DNA of 62,776 bases, the filler included, from Rhabdomonas costata (lineage: Eukaryota): the NCBI GenBank assembly GCA_019059605.1. It is 38 parts of 38 records of this genome, joined end to end, with 100 filler letters (N's around TTAATTAATTAA, not from the genome) between each part and the next. Parts side by side here need not be neighbours in the genome. Positions count along the whole stretch, not along the records: positions 24,809 to 26,361 come from JAHMHO010013180.1; positions 26,462 to 28,010 come from JAHMHO010013181.1; positions 28,111 to 29,664 come from JAHMHO010013182.1; positions 29,765 to 31,318 come from JAHMHO010013183.1; positions 31,419 to 32,972 come from JAHMHO010013184.1; positions 33,073 to 34,626 come from JAHMHO010013185.1; positions 34,727 to 36,327 come from JAHMHO010013186.1; positions 36,428 to 37,981 come from JAHMHO010013187.1; 30 more parts are not named here. One strand, 5' to 3'. Made by a program: the position numbers and the translations under genes. Below, piece after piece: positions 26,120-39,053 of this stretch; the first letter of the stretch is position 1, and the number at the start of each line of letters is the position of its first letter. The notes below the pieces were generated by a model. It ran no database searches. It saw only the letters and a list, made by a program, of their open reading frames with translations, and was not told the DNA's origin.

Positions 26120-27299
26120 GTACGGGGCACACTCGTCACGGCTTGAAGGTGACCTGTTGAGGGACTCCCTGCACGTATTTTCCCTCTTCCTTCTCTGACA
26201 TTCAAGGTCCCTGCATTCAGTTGTATGTTGGAATAAGTCCAAAGTTCCTCTTTGATGAAAGTTTATGAGGATGACGCGAAATGAGCACGCTTCTTAGACG
26301 TTTACCTTTGATATGATAGCCAACTTCCAAAAAGATTCTCTTCACCACTTCCCAACCCCACNNNNNNNNNNNNNNNNNNNNNNNNNNNNNNNNNNNNNNN
26401 NNNNNTTAATTAATTAANNNNNNNNNNNNNNNNNNNNNNNNNNNNNNNNNNNNNNNNNNNNTTTTTTGGTGCTTTGACTGAAGGATCTTGTGGTTTGTAT
26501 CGTTGCTACTGGCCAGCGGATTCTTGGTGAAAAGCCGCCTCTTGAAGACTTGCAAAAGGCGGAACCATGCCTCCCCCCGGTGGTCGGTGGGGGAGGGGGG
26601 GGACAGTTTGCACAGGACCATACAATGTCTCGGAAGGTCGACTGGGGGTGCATCCAAACCCAATGGCTTTCTTGGGCTCAAAAAGCACACAGGACTGAAG
26701 GCCTTTCACGCATCAAAGTAATCCGACACAGCCCTCACCAAGGCATTTTGAAAGATTTGTTGAGGTCATAGGTGCACTCCTTAACCACCGCGGTTTCGCC
26801 CCACCCCAGGAGCAGCATCGTGGTTCCGGTGCTGTGGTCCACAGAACGACTTCTTTCCTATGGGTAGCGACAGCGCGATGAATGGCATTGGGTGCGATTG
26901 TGACATTGATTCGCTGTTGCAGCGGGGGGGGGGGTGCACTGGACCGTTGGGGGCTTGTTTTTTAAAGTGTTCAAATCAACGAATCGCTCTGTTTTGCAGC
27001 CCGTCTTTGTCGGGCAGTCTTCTGCACTGCTGCTGCTGTTCCACACCCGCATCCCCTCCCCACACTTCTGCTTCAGGCCGGGATTTTTGCATACCAGAGA
27101 ATGAGCCAGAGTAGAGACGATGTTTTCCATGTTGGGGATCAGGTCTTGTGCCCTTTTTTCTCTCGATTGGTGATACATTTGTGAAGGCTTTGTTCTGGCC
27201 TAGGACGTCATGCAGATGGTATTTCTGCTGGTTTTGTTGCAGGGTGCCAGCAGCTCTTCTGGTGACCAAGCTCAAACTGGGGGCACAGGTGCTGTGCAT

Positions 27300-27470
27300 T
27301 CAGTTCCAACTCAAGTTCAAAATCATTATGACTTGGATGTATTCATGCGTCAAGGAAAAGAAGGGTATGCCAAGAACAGAAGACAGGGAAATGAGGTAGT
27401 GGGTACTTTGCAAGCAGTCAAGCATCTGTGCAGAAGAGGCAATGAGGTCATCCTTAGTTCGCGCATCTTG
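27300..27470 (-). mobile_element. Possible decayed non-LTR retrotransposon reverse transcriptase fragment
   Basis: DDLIASSAQMLDCLQ...IPF...EYIQVIMILNLSWN loosely resembles the RT segments ADD..L.AS...LQ.ML and YKYLG..L...LSW. Degenerate. Confidence 0.3.
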
Positions 27471-27652
27471 CATGGTCCATTTCAGGCTTTCCCCCGCATT
27501 TCCAAGGGCCTCGCCTGCCCTTTTTGAGGCTGTTTTGAGCCTCTGGATTTTTTGTCTAACTTTGTCTAACAAGAATAATTCATGTTAGCTGGCACATCTG
27601 CAGCCCCTAAATTTGCGAACATCTGATTTGTGTGGATGTGGTTGTGTTGCAG

Positions 27653-27933
27653 GAGCTGTGCAATCCAAGGCGGAGTACAAGTCCCTGAAGGTCATCTTGA
27701 AGGCCCGTCAGGGGACCGAGCAGGAACTGAGGCTTCTGAAGGACCGCCTGAAAGCCTTCAAGAGAGCGCATTCCTATGCCGCGGAAGATGGGCCCTCCGA
27801 CTCCCGTCACCACCGCCACCACCACCGCTCCTCGGGGAAGGCAGCGGAGGAGGGGGAGCCGGGTCAGGACCAGAGCCCACCGCCACCGCCAGAGGCCCAC
27901 CGCAAGCGAGCGCGGAGGGCCACCGAAGTGCAG
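27653..27933 (+). CDS. Hypothetical protein exon (helical region followed by His/Pro-rich region)
   Basis: GC3-rich open frame bounded by CAG and GT. Confidence 0.55.
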
Positions 27934-28243
27934 GTCTGCGGGGGTGAGGAAACTCAAGCTGTGCCACTAAGTCTTGGCTACCCACGCACCCACCCACACA
28001 CACCCAAAAANNNNNNNNNNNNNNNNNNNNNNNNNNNNNNNNNNNNNNNNNNNNTTAATTAATTAANNNNNNNNNNNNNNNNNNNNNNNNNNNNNNNNNN
28101 NNNNNNNNNNTGTTTGTGTTCGCCTCGTTTGTTTGTTTTGCCCTCGCCTCAGAGTGGCCTTGCTGAATGCCTTGAGTGCCCTTGATCTCATCTTGGGCAT
28201 CTGGGTTATGGCCCCCGGACACTCAACTCTGTTCATTTCACAG

Positions 28244-28813
28244 GTGGGCTTGCAATCCATCCACAACCGTGTCACGGCCCTCACGGGGTGGCTGCTCCGC
28301 CAGCTTCCCTCCCTGGTGCATTCCACGGGGCACCCGCTGACCCGCCTCTATGGCCCGCCCAGCCTTCACCGCCGCGGCGCCACCCTCGCACTGAATTTCT
28401 TCTCCCGCACCGGCCGCCTCATCCCTCACTGCGCTCTGCAGGAGATCTTCTCCGCTGCGGGGATCTCGCTGCGGTACGGGTGCTTCTGCAACCCTGGAGC
28501 CTTTGAAGCAGCCGTGGGGATGTCTGTGGAGGCTATCCAGGAGGCCGCAGAGTGCACCAGCCCCGAGGAGCGCGAGCAGTGCATTCTCCGGCATGCCGGG
28601 GTTGCAGGCGCCGTGAGGGTCTCTCTGGGGATTGCGAGCACCTTTGAGGATGTGTTTCGATTTCTTGGCGTGGTCCAAGACAAGCTTCTGGACCAGCCCG
28701 AAGGTTCGGAGGAGGTGGGCGGCCAGTCTTTCACAGTTGCTGAAGAGACTCGCGAGGAGTCTCCCCTGCTCCGGCCTTCTGGTTTTCTGGCCGAATGGCG
28801 AGCTCAGTTTTGA
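28244..28813 (+). CDS. Molybdenum cofactor sulfurase-like PLP enzyme (aminotransferase class V), terminal exon
   Basis: RLYGP...RGATLALNF...GISLRYGCFCNPGA...GAVRVSLGIASTFEDVFRF, ending in TGA. Confidence 0.88.
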   Translation: MGLQSIHNRVTALTGWLLRQLPSLVHSTGHPLTRLYGPPSLHRRGATLALNFFSRTGRLIPHCALQEIFSAAGISLRYGCFCNPGAFEAAVGMSVEAIQEAAECTSPEEREQCILRHAGVAGAVRVSLGIASTFEDVFRFLGVVQDKLLDQPEGSEEVGGQSFTVAEETREESPLLRPSGFLAEWRAQF

Positions 28814-30008
28814 TGATGTGTGCTGCGATGGCCGCTGCCCCCTGGATCACCATTTCCATCTCTCCCACTTCATTCAGACGCGTAGGCGAGAGACATCGTT
28901 TTCCTCCGCCACTTCCTCTGTTTGTCTCCGTTTTTCGTCTTCTTCCACTTCCTCCTTGGGCGTCCTTCGCTTTCGGATCTTGCAACTGGTTTGTGAGGGG
29001 GGGCTTTTTTGGTCAGTTGTTCTCTTGTTGTCAGCTAATTTTTTGTTTCTTTCGAGCGTTCCTCCCCTTGAGGTTTTTTGTTTTCTGGTACTTTCTCCCT
29101 TCTGGTCCTGGGCCGGGGGACTTTCAGTCTCCCTGCCCCGTACGTGCACACAGAGTACGGAACTTTTTCTGGGAACTGGGGAATCGGGGGGTTCCCTCTC
29201 CATCTTCGCCCTTTCTCTGTTCAGAGAGCGGGAGGGAGGAGACGGTGCCCCTTCTCCGGTACGCCTGTTCCGCGCTTGCGGGGCAGCGTTCTTACGGAGG
29301 CTGTCTATACGGTGAGTTGGAATGAAAATCGGCCAATGCCCTGGCGCGTGTTGGATCCTCATTCGTTCAGCAGCTTTTTTCCTTTACACCTCACGGGTTC
29401 TCTCGGCGAGGGGGAAAACACGTCCTTGGCCGTTCTTTGCAGCACTTCTTTTCTTCTGCTCTTCTTGGCGTCGTATTCTCACTGCCTTCTAGTTATTTCA
29501 CGTTTTCCCCCCCCTCACCCCACTCTCACTTTCGGTCACCGCGTTACCATTCCCCTGGGGGGCCTACTAATTTCCTCGGTAGCATCTTCGCCGAGAATGG
29601 AACCTACGGATGGGTTGGGACCTCCTCTCTCCTCCTCACTCACCCCATTCTGTTCACAAAAAACNNNNNNNNNNNNNNNNNNNNNNNNNNNNNNNNNNNN
29701 NNNNNNNNTTAATTAATTAANNNNNNNNNNNNNNNNNNNNNNNNNNNNNNNNNNNNNNNNNNNNCCGGGGCGGGGGCGTCGGTCTTCACCTGAAACATTG
29801 TAGTGATGTCGCTTGGGCTAATTGGGCACTTTGCAAAGCGAGAATGAAAAAGGGTGTCAAAGTGGTTTGCAAGGACTTTCGGGTAACGATGGTTTAGTTT
29901 TGCAGATGTTGCTGCTCAGCAGCTCGCTACTTCTGCACGATTCGACTCGGAGACAACGGCAGTTAAGCCTAGTGGAGAAGGTCCCTTGTTCTGCTGTCGC
30001 TCACTCAG

Positions 30009-30230
30009 AACAAAGCTGGCCGAGTGCCCCTGGAGGTGGCCATCCTCGAAAGCCAAGATGACCGCTCCGCCACGACTCTTGTGGGACCCACACTCTCCTC
30101 GAAGGCGATGGAGGTGAACGCCATCGTCGATCCCGAGAAGGGCTCCACCCTTGCCCACCTGACAGCGCAGTTCAAGATGGCAGGCACCACGGAAGCGCTG
30201 ATCAAGGCCGGGGCTGATATGAAAATCATG
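30009..30230 (+). CDS. Ankyrin-repeat protein exon
   Basis: NKAGRVPLEVAI...KGSTLAHLTAQF...EALIKAGAD in 74 codons between CAG and GT. Confidence 0.75.
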
Positions 30231-30462
30231 GTTTCTCCGTCAGCCCTCGCTTGGGGCCTCTTGTATTTTCCTGGGGGGGGGGGGTTAAACGTTTAGCAGT
30301 GCTAAAAATTTACGTTGCCGAACTCCTGAACTCCGGTGATGATGATGTTGTGCTGTTTTGTTCGGTCTGAAAATTCAGCACCGCTAAACGGTCACAACTT
30401 TTTAAACCCCGCTCAAATCAAAATATGTGTATCAGATTGTGTCAGAATGTCGGAATGTGTAT

Positions 30463-30612
30463 CAGAAAAACAGGATTACAAACCCCATTTTGCTAAAATT
30501 AAGTTTTTAATGTATTTTGAGGTAGTTGACACAGTTACCTAACCCCCCGTGTCCTAAAAATAACATCCCAAAAAATGTGTTTGATTCGGACGTTTAGCCC
30601 CGCTAAACGTTT
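30463..30612 (+). repeat. Dispersed repeat family, copy A (also at 52086-52216)
   Basis: Collinear identical blocks: CAGAAAAACAG, ACCCCATTTTGCTAAAAT, ACCTAACCCCCC, TGATTCGGACGTTTAGC. Confidence 0.85.
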
Positions 30613-33600
30613 AGCCAATACAAAATACAATCGTCCCGTCTTGCCCCCACAATATCCTCTCATTGGGATGGCAATCCGCCCTGCTTTGTGAAGCGATCGA
30701 CATTTTCGGGCGCAAAACTTCAACGCGAATAATAAGTGGAGGTTGGTATTGAGGTTTTTGAGCCCTCCGGCGCGTCAAGACTTTCGCGAACTGGTTTCTT
30801 AGGCAGACATTTGCGCCCAGTGATCATACGGCCCAACGGAAGGTGGGGGAGGGGGGAGAGTGGCAAACGTTGTCCGCGGTAACAGAATACTGCCTGAAAA
30901 CTTTTGCTAGATTTTGTTGAACGGTCAGGTAAAACGTGCCCGCACTCTCGAAATGACTTTATTTTGTGTTGGGAGGTTGGGTTAACTTTGCCAGTGCCCC
31001 CCAGATGATTGTTTTTGTAACGTACTGCTGGGCTAAGGACTCGCCAATGGCTGGGAGATGGCCGGATGATTAGGAGAGCATTGGTTTAGGGGCGAAGGCC
31101 AGTCCGCGGTGCGGCCAGAGCGGGCCGGTGGGGTGCGGGACGTGACCTGGGTGGCCTAGGACGACGAAAGTACGCTCCCATGGAAACGATTGTCACCTCT
31201 GGTGACGGTTACCACTGATAACCCCCCCCCCCAACTGTAATTGTAACTGTAATTCCACCCCAACTTCCGTTGCACCGGTTGGACTTCTCTGTCGTTCTTC
31301 CGCGTGCTCTGACCCCAANNNNNNNNNNNNNNNNNNNNNNNNNNNNNNNNNNNNNNNNNNNNTTAATTAATTAANNNNNNNNNNNNNNNNNNNNNNNNNN
31401 NNNNNNNNNNNNNNNNNNGTGGGTGGGGGGCAACTAAGTGGACAAAGCATTTGGACGGATATGGGCCCAACATGCATGGAGCCGGCCCACTGAACCACTA
31501 AAAAGATGGTCTTCCAACAGTACAGGACAGGGACTGAGGTTGTTATGGGGAGGATGCATATGTGCACCGCCCAAAGCTCGGATACGACCTCACCAACAGA
31601 TCATAACGCTATGAGCCCTCTAATGGGCCGATATGTGAACGGCACTGCATCGCTGCACATATCGACGTGTGCAACGCTTTCTATTTGGTGAATAAATCTC
31701 TTCTGAGCAATAGCTGGCCCTCAGTTCGACTTAGGCCACAAAACAAAATCCCCTGACCAGTTGCCCACTCATTCACAACTGAGGAGGTCTTGACCTGCAC
31801 TCACACTTTCCGCTAAACGAAAGGGCTTTCTTCACTTACGACCTGGCTCAAAAAAGGTAAATTACCTGGGCGGCGCTGGCGGGGGTGCCCTCCATTACAA
31901 GCTGCTTCGGGTCAAAGTCAGGGGGGCTACTGCTGGGGCCGCCGACGTCCTCCATCGAACGCACTTTTTGTTCAGCTCAGGGAACCACCAAGCAGGAAGA
32001 AGAATAAAAACAAGAAAAAACCTGTGACCAGTCCCCGCCATTTCTTGTGCATCTGATGTTACCACCACCCAAGTTACCAATCCAAAAGAAAGCAAAGAAT
32101 AAGAAAAAGGTAAAGGAAAACACACAGAGAGGTAACCACCCGTTCGTGACACCCCACAACATCATACCGCGGCAGGCGCACATTCTGGACACCGCCAGAC
32201 CAAAATGGACGCGAGTCATCGACCGGAGAAGCAGTCGATGGCTGTCCACGTGGTTCGTAGGATTATAAAAAGGAAGAGAGAGAGGTACCTTGTCCAGTAC
32301 GCCCACAACCACAGAGAAAGAAAACGCTCCAAAAAAGTAATGGCCGATACGCATACTGATTAAATAACATGTTTGAAATACCCGACTTAAAAGAATTAGA
32401 CAATGAACCGATCTAAATGCAAAACGTTTGACTACTCCTTCACTGTGCCCAAAGAGAAGACAACCAGTTGATTTGCATCTTCGCAACTTCTTGAAAAACA
32501 AAAAATTCCAAACGCCAGCCGTGGTCACCGAACAGCGGTTGTCTTCCGATCAGAACGGGACCAACACACACCTACACTTGTGCTTCACTCTCTCACATAC
32601 GCAGAACCTAAGGGAGCAAGTGAGATCTCCGCACCACCGAAAGAAGGCCCAGAACGGAGCTGGCCAGATGATAGCGAGCGAGGGAGAGCCGCACACACCA
32701 ATGCCACACGGGATACCAACACAACACCAAAGCCCAAAACCAGAAGAACGAGAAGCATGAGCTGCTTTCCCCAAAGACGAAAAGCAGGCTTCGTGCAGCA
32801 AAAAAGACACAACACAGAAACAATATCACAAGAACAGAACCCTTTGCTCGACCCATTCCCACGCCCTAGGCATGCCCCATGCAGTGCCTTCTGGTGATGC
32901 AAGTACGTTCGATAGCGAGTGGCAGAAGCAAACTAGGACGCGAGCAACCCAGCTCCTCTGCCCCACAACACCNNNNNNNNNNNNNNNNNNNNNNNNNNNN
33001 NNNNNNNNNNNNNNNNTTAATTAATTAANNNNNNNNNNNNNNNNNNNNNNNNNNNNNNNNNNNNNNNNNNNNGGTTGTTTGTTTTACAGAGTGTTTTTCT
33101 TGTTTCTTTCGCCTTTTGTTGTTACAGAGGCGCCCTAAAAGAACCACAGCAGAGCCACATGCCAGAGCCGAGCTGAGACAAATGAGAGGCCCTGCATAGT
33201 GTACAGAGTGGTGGTAGAGTTTTCAGAGTGTGCTGTGAGAACGCTGCAGAGTTGCACATGATATGGTGCTTGTTTAGTCGTGTCATACTTCCGCATCTTT
33301 CGATTTTGGTGGATATATTGGAAATTCATAAGCGTTGATACCAGCACAGAGGAACCACTCCAAAGATGTGAGGTCCCAATACTCAACCCCACCAGTGTCC
33401 ACAGCAGTTTTCCATAGCCACACTTGCATCTCAAATCCAACTTTATATGCAGAAGCTGTGCCCTCAAAAGTTTCCAGATTCCAAACCGGCGTGGTTAATG
33501 CAAGTTGTCGGTGCACAGCCCACTTTTATAAAGGAAAACCGAGTAGAGCAGCTCCACAGCTACCACATGAAAGCAAACAATGTAAGCCACGGTCTAGGTG

Positions 33601-34726
33601 CGAGTCGCCTATGTAAGTCGAGACAGCGCCTACCTTGTGCAAGCAAGCTCTGTGCACATTCCCACGTGATCCTGATCCAGAGGCATCAGCACCCCACGAT
33701 CTAATTTGAGCGCAGCGTGCAAGTAAATTTCTACCAGTTGACACGTCGTAGCGGAGGGATTTTGCGATACCTGTTGAGCGCAGAATCGATCGAAATGAAT
33801 ACCCTGTTGCCACTTGGTAGCGTAAGAAGTGTACGACATATTCTGGTCACAGTGTGTGGTGAAGGAATCCAGTGACACGTGGTGCAGATTGATTCCAGGA
33901 AACATTTGACTTCTAATTTTCAGATTGGCGTCTCTGGGGGTGTGTGATAGCAGCGAGGCAAGAGTGGCGTGTTTGGATTAATCATCAACAGAGTGCGCTT
34001 AGGTTTGAGAGTTCTGCAGCAGACTAACAAATCCACAGATTTCATGGGACGGTTTATTTTAGAGTGGTCTAGTTCATCACCTCCGCACCACATATGGAAC
34101 ATACTTTTCTAACTCAAATGGTTTCATTTTTCAGAGCATGGAGCAGCAGCAGAGTTGCAATCACAATTTTAAACAGTTTCTGCTGTTAATAATGAAAGCC
34201 ACTGTGCTATATCCTTGTATCCTGGTTTTTGCAATTTAATTTCAGTTAAAAAACCTTCCACATCGAAAACGTCTTCTGGGCTTGATTCCATTTTGAGAGT
34301 TTTCCTCCACTGATGTGAAGAATAATCGATAAAAACCTTCACCTGTAGTGAATTACAGTTCACCAGGTGAGGGACTGAGAGTAAAGCGCACTCCGCCTGA
34401 CTACAAGACGTCGGTTTACGGTTGGAATTTTTGGAATCTCGGAAACAATTAAAGTGTTGGAAAACTCTCATAAAAGTAAATTTTTGATGGAGATTAATTC
34501 TAAAGCCTTATGATTAATTATGAAAACACGGCGGTAACGTTTTCGGCAAATTTCAGCTGTAGACTTGCATTTTAAATATATCTAGAGTCAGGTAATGTAA
34601 AACACGCACTACTGTACAAAACAACANNNNNNNNNNNNNNNNNNNNNNNNNNNNNNNNNNNNNNNNNNNNTTAATTAATTAANNNNNNNNNNNNNNNNNN
34701 NNNNNNNNNNNNNNNNNNNNNNNNNN

Positions 34727-34796
<70 letters not shown>
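34727..34796 (+). repeat. (GT)n microsatellite
   Basis: About 35 GT units at the contig start. Confidence 0.97.
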
Positions 34797-34798
<2 letters not shown>

Positions 34799-36209
34799 TT
34801 CGTTTGGGTCAGCTTTGACCCTCTTGTGTGCTTCTGTTTGTGTCTATGTGCTTGTGTGTGTGTGTGTGTGCTTTCAGCACGTTTGTCTCGTCTCCGTTTC
34901 CGAAGGGAAGCGCATCTGCTCCCGGTTCCCTGTAAATGGCACAGTGTATCGACTTTCTCTCCTTCAGCTCAGCTCAGCGCTCGTCAGGCACTGCACAACC
35001 TCCACCTCCCTTTGGGTGGGGGACGGGAAAACGGGAAAAGCCGGAGGTGGGGCCACCCGTGCGTGTTCATCAGGTTCGTCACCTGTCTCCGCTCCTCTGA
35101 TCTGGCCGACCCGAAGGTCTTCTACGGGGAGGTGGCCTTGCCTCCACTTTCTTCCTCTCTACCACTTTCCCATCCCTCCCCCTCCCCCGGCATCCCGTTT
35201 TGGTGGTTGGAGGCGCGTTTGGTAGACCTCATTTTCCAACCACAACCATATGAGAAGTGAGGGACTTCTTCGCGTTCTGTGTGGGTCGGTGGCTGGGTGA
35301 GTTGGATTTTGTGTGTATGTGTTTCCTGTTTGTGGTACGGCAAGGCGAACGCTTCGCCGCCGCCGGAGCGGTGTCCTTTGTACCCTTTCTGCCTCTTCTT
35401 CTGCTTGTTTCCTCTTTGACGCACACCGCCGGTTGCAGCGGGTGTGAGAGGTTTGCTGGGTGGGTGGGTGGCTTGGTATGGCCGTGGGCTTCTCTTGATT
35501 TGTTGTTCGCTCGTGTCATGTTGGAGAAAGGGGCTGCTTCTTTTTTACCCGTTCAAAGAATTTTGGTTTGTGTTTTTGTCAATTGTGTCACTGACGACAC
35601 AGTGGTGAGATCATGGTAGCCGAGCTTGTCATGCCTTGGGGGAGGGGAGTGAGCATCTCTGGGCTGGACTGATGATCGGTGCGTGCTGAAGAGCACGTTC
35701 TGCTCACATTTGGTTTTCGAAGGGTTTGAATGCAAAATAGTGCCGTTAATGAGGGTACGCGACGTACCGACGTTTCTGGGAGGCTGCTAGCCTGTTTTGC
35801 TGTGGGAATATTGTTCTTTTGCTATTGTTTATTGTTGGTGTACTTTGTTGTTCTTTTTATTTGTGGTGGTGTAGTGGTTTTCAATTGGCTGGTCGTGGTA
35901 CGTGGTGGCCGGGAATAGTTCCGCTGGAACGAAAGCTCCACAGGTGGCCAATGGCGAGGTAGCGGCTTGATGTTTCTGCTCCTCGCTTCTCCGCAGTTCC
36001 CCTTCATCACTACTAATCGGGTTTCTTCATTTTTTCCTTGGTTTCATCACTTTGTCCCGAAAGCGGCTTCTTTCTTCCTTCATTTATTCTATTTGGGGAG
36101 TTTTTTGTTCCGCGCGACACGAGTTTTGGGGGGAGTGCCGAGGGTGGCGGTTGCTGTGCGGCGGCCTCTCTGTGACGCTCGTCTTGAAGAGCGCCGCTCT
36201 CTGTTCCGA

Positions 36210-36320
36210 ATGGCAGCTGCGCCTAACGAAGCTCTGGAGCGGTTCCTGGAGACCCACCTGGAGAACGTCACCGACGCCGACCCCAAGACCTTGGCCCCCT
36301 ACATTCTTGCGCTAATTACA
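36210..36320 (+). CDS. RBM26/27-like N-terminal PWI-type domain (5' fragment)
   Basis: MAAAPNEALERFLETHLENVTDADPKTLAPYILALI resembles EALKSWL..TLEPICDADPSALAKYVLAL. Confidence 0.8.
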
Positions 36321-37053
36321 CCAAACCNNNNNNNNNNNNNNNNNNNNNNNNNNNNNNNNNNNNNNNNNNNNTTAATTAATTAANNNNNNNNNNNNNNNNN
36401 NNNNNNNNNNNNNNNNNNNNNNNNNNNGATTTCGAACCAAGTGTCTTGCCTGGTTTTTTCTGCACGAAGAGCTTTTTAACGGGACACCTCTGATTTCGAC
36501 TGTATCAAGGTCAAGACTACAAGTCTTTAAAAAGAAGTACAATGCAAACTCGGACGACGCTTGCATCGAGAAAATTCGGGTCCGTTCCTTCCTTGGTGTT
36601 CTGGGGCCTGGCACTTGCTTGCATCGGAAAAGTCATGCTTACCAGCCATGCCTTTCCTCATCGCGTGCGGGTGAATTATCCAAAAACTGCTGCAAACGCA
36701 TGTCCTTTCCCTCTTCTCTTTTTGGGTGACCGAAGTCTAAACGGCCACCGCATGAACCGGTCAGCTGCCTTGCCGGTTTGTTAGGGGCCATGCTCTGGCG
36801 CTCTTCGTGAAAACAAAGTATTCCACCGAGAAATAACCACAATGCTCATTATGGGTCACTGGTCCCCCTCTTTATTGCCTCGACCTGTGTTCATTTGTTG
36901 ATCGATCGTTCGTTTGCTCATTCGTTTGTTGGGTAATCGATTTAATTGATGGAGAGATGTTCTTCTCTGCCGCATTCATTGCCTCTATCAGGTTACGCTC
37001 ATTTGACGGCGTTTTGTCTTCTCTTTAAACTCTCTCTCTCTTCTTCTTCGAGA

Positions 37054-37234
37054 ATGGCTGAGGGGCGGCCTGCCCCACGGGGCTGGGCCCTTGTGATGCT
37101 TGTGCTGATGCTCCACCCTGGGTCTGTGGTTGGGGCTGCAGGGCCGTCCTCCATTCCGCACCGCGGGGCGCAGGACGGGGGCTTCGACGCCTCGGAATGG
37201 CTCTCTCGGGGCCGTCAGCGTCAGTCCGTGCAGG
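37054..37234 (+). CDS. First exon of a putative secreted protein
   Basis: ATG follows a pyrimidine tract. Hydrophobic signal-like segment WALVMLVLMLHPGSVVG; GT donor. Confidence 0.5.
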
Positions 37235-38287
37235 GTAGAGATTCGCCTTCGCCCTGTTGCCCTTTGTCCTCCCACCCATCCAGCTTCTTTCTTGTTTCAC
37301 TCAGGAATAAAAAACAAGCGGTTAATCCGTGTTTGTTGAAAGGTAGGCTGGCAAGTTGGCACTGCCTTTTCAGCGAACTTTTCACCCAAGCCGCATACGA
37401 ACGGATAGGCACTAGACCACAAACGCTCCAATAATTAATTGATGTGTGAGGATTTCAGGCGGCCAAGAGCCAGTTGCATGGTCGCGTTCGGTGTGGGTTG
37501 TTTATACCCTTTGGGTGCTTTGGAAAGATTTTATGATTTGGCCGGACATGAACTGCTCGCGTGTGCCTTCCTGGATAGGTATTTGCGAATCAGATTACTT
37601 TTTATCCCTGGGCAAGTCTCGATTGCTTTTCACGAAGCTTGCGTGATTCTGCCCGTTGCATGTCTGTTATGGTCGCAACGGTTGTGCTTCCTCCTCAGAG
37701 GTGTCTGACACTCCCCCCACCACCTGCCGTCATCCCTTCTGCCCTTGGGTGACTTTTTGCTGGTTCACTTTCCACTTGCGTTCCGGCCCTCAAAAGTTAC
37801 TCAATGCCTCTGGCTAGCAATTTGGTATTTTTTTGTTTCTATATCTTAACCCTTTTTGTTTCCGATTCAGACGTGTAATGCAGTTTCTTTTTGCTCCCTT
37901 CTCTTATTTTGTTGCATCGCCGTGCTTTTCCCTGTTTTCCCTTCTCAGAGGTGTGCGGTACCCCTGAGATTCCGCCCAACCNNNNNNNNNNNNNNNNNNN
38001 NNNNNNNNNNNNNNNNNNNNNNNNNTTAATTAATTAANNNNNNNNNNNNNNNNNNNNNNNNNNNNNNNNNNNNNNNNNNNNGTTGGGGGGGGTGTCGAGC
38101 TTTGACCTTAATGTCGGGAGCGGTTTCGAGGAATCAAGTCTCGTGGACCTCGAGGATCCCGGAGAGTTCTCTCCGGATTCCACCCTCTTTCTTCACCATA
38201 ATCTCTCCACTCGACTTCTTCCCTTCGTGCGTGCTGTGCCCCAGGGCGCGGAGTTCTCTGATGAGGTGTGGGTTTTGTATGCCCAAG

Positions 38288-39053
38288 GTTCCTGCCTCTG
38301 GGGAGGTTGGCCGTGCCCCCGTGGTGCCCGCCAGTACGGCACGCCCTCCCAAGCGCCCCAGAGAGGACGATGAGCCTGGGCTGACCTCAGACACCCCTCC
38401 AAAGAAGCCCGCCCTCTCAACGGTGCGTCTTACGACTTTTCCTGCACCTAGAAACAGGGATGCATGCCCATTCCCCCTGCCCTCAGCTTCCGCATAACGG
38501 TGTGCAGCTGTGCCAGAACTACCGAGTTTCTCGTTTCAGCTTTTGCTCTTTGTTTCTTGCATGACGAAGTGAGCCTATTCCATTAAGACTGTTCCAGAGT
38601 ATGCCAGTAGGCATATAATGGCGTTAGTTTGTTTGCTTGGGTCGTGGAGTGACGAATTGGATACTGGCCTATGTGAGTTTGCACCTCGCTGATTGATGAC
38701 AAACTTGCCGACGCCGTTCCCTTTCCTCCAAACAATACCAACACCAACACCATAGTCTTTCTTTCATGGCTGTGGACACTTGTTTTTCCAGCCTCGCTTG
38801 AGCAAGCAAGTCTCCTCTGGGTTCCTTGGGTGTTCCTTGGTTTCCTTGCGTGCTTCAGGTGGAAGTGCTGCCTTTTGGGAGGCCAGTGTGGGTGCACTTT
38901 CGGGGCAAGGCAGGCAAGCAGGGCTGGGCCAAGGGCTTTATAAAGCGGATCGTGGTGAACTTTCCCGAGGGCGAGCACAGCCTGGAGGCCGGGGAGGAGT
39001 ACAGCCTCACTGAGGTCACCGATATTGCCCCACCTACGGGAGAAAAGACCTGA
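38288..39053 (+). CDS. Hypothetical protein, last two exons 38288-38422 and 38859-39053 (Tudor/SH3-like C-terminus possible)
   Basis: Phase-0 GT-AG join. GRPVWVHFRG...GWAKGFIKRIVVNF, ending in TGA. Confidence 0.55.
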
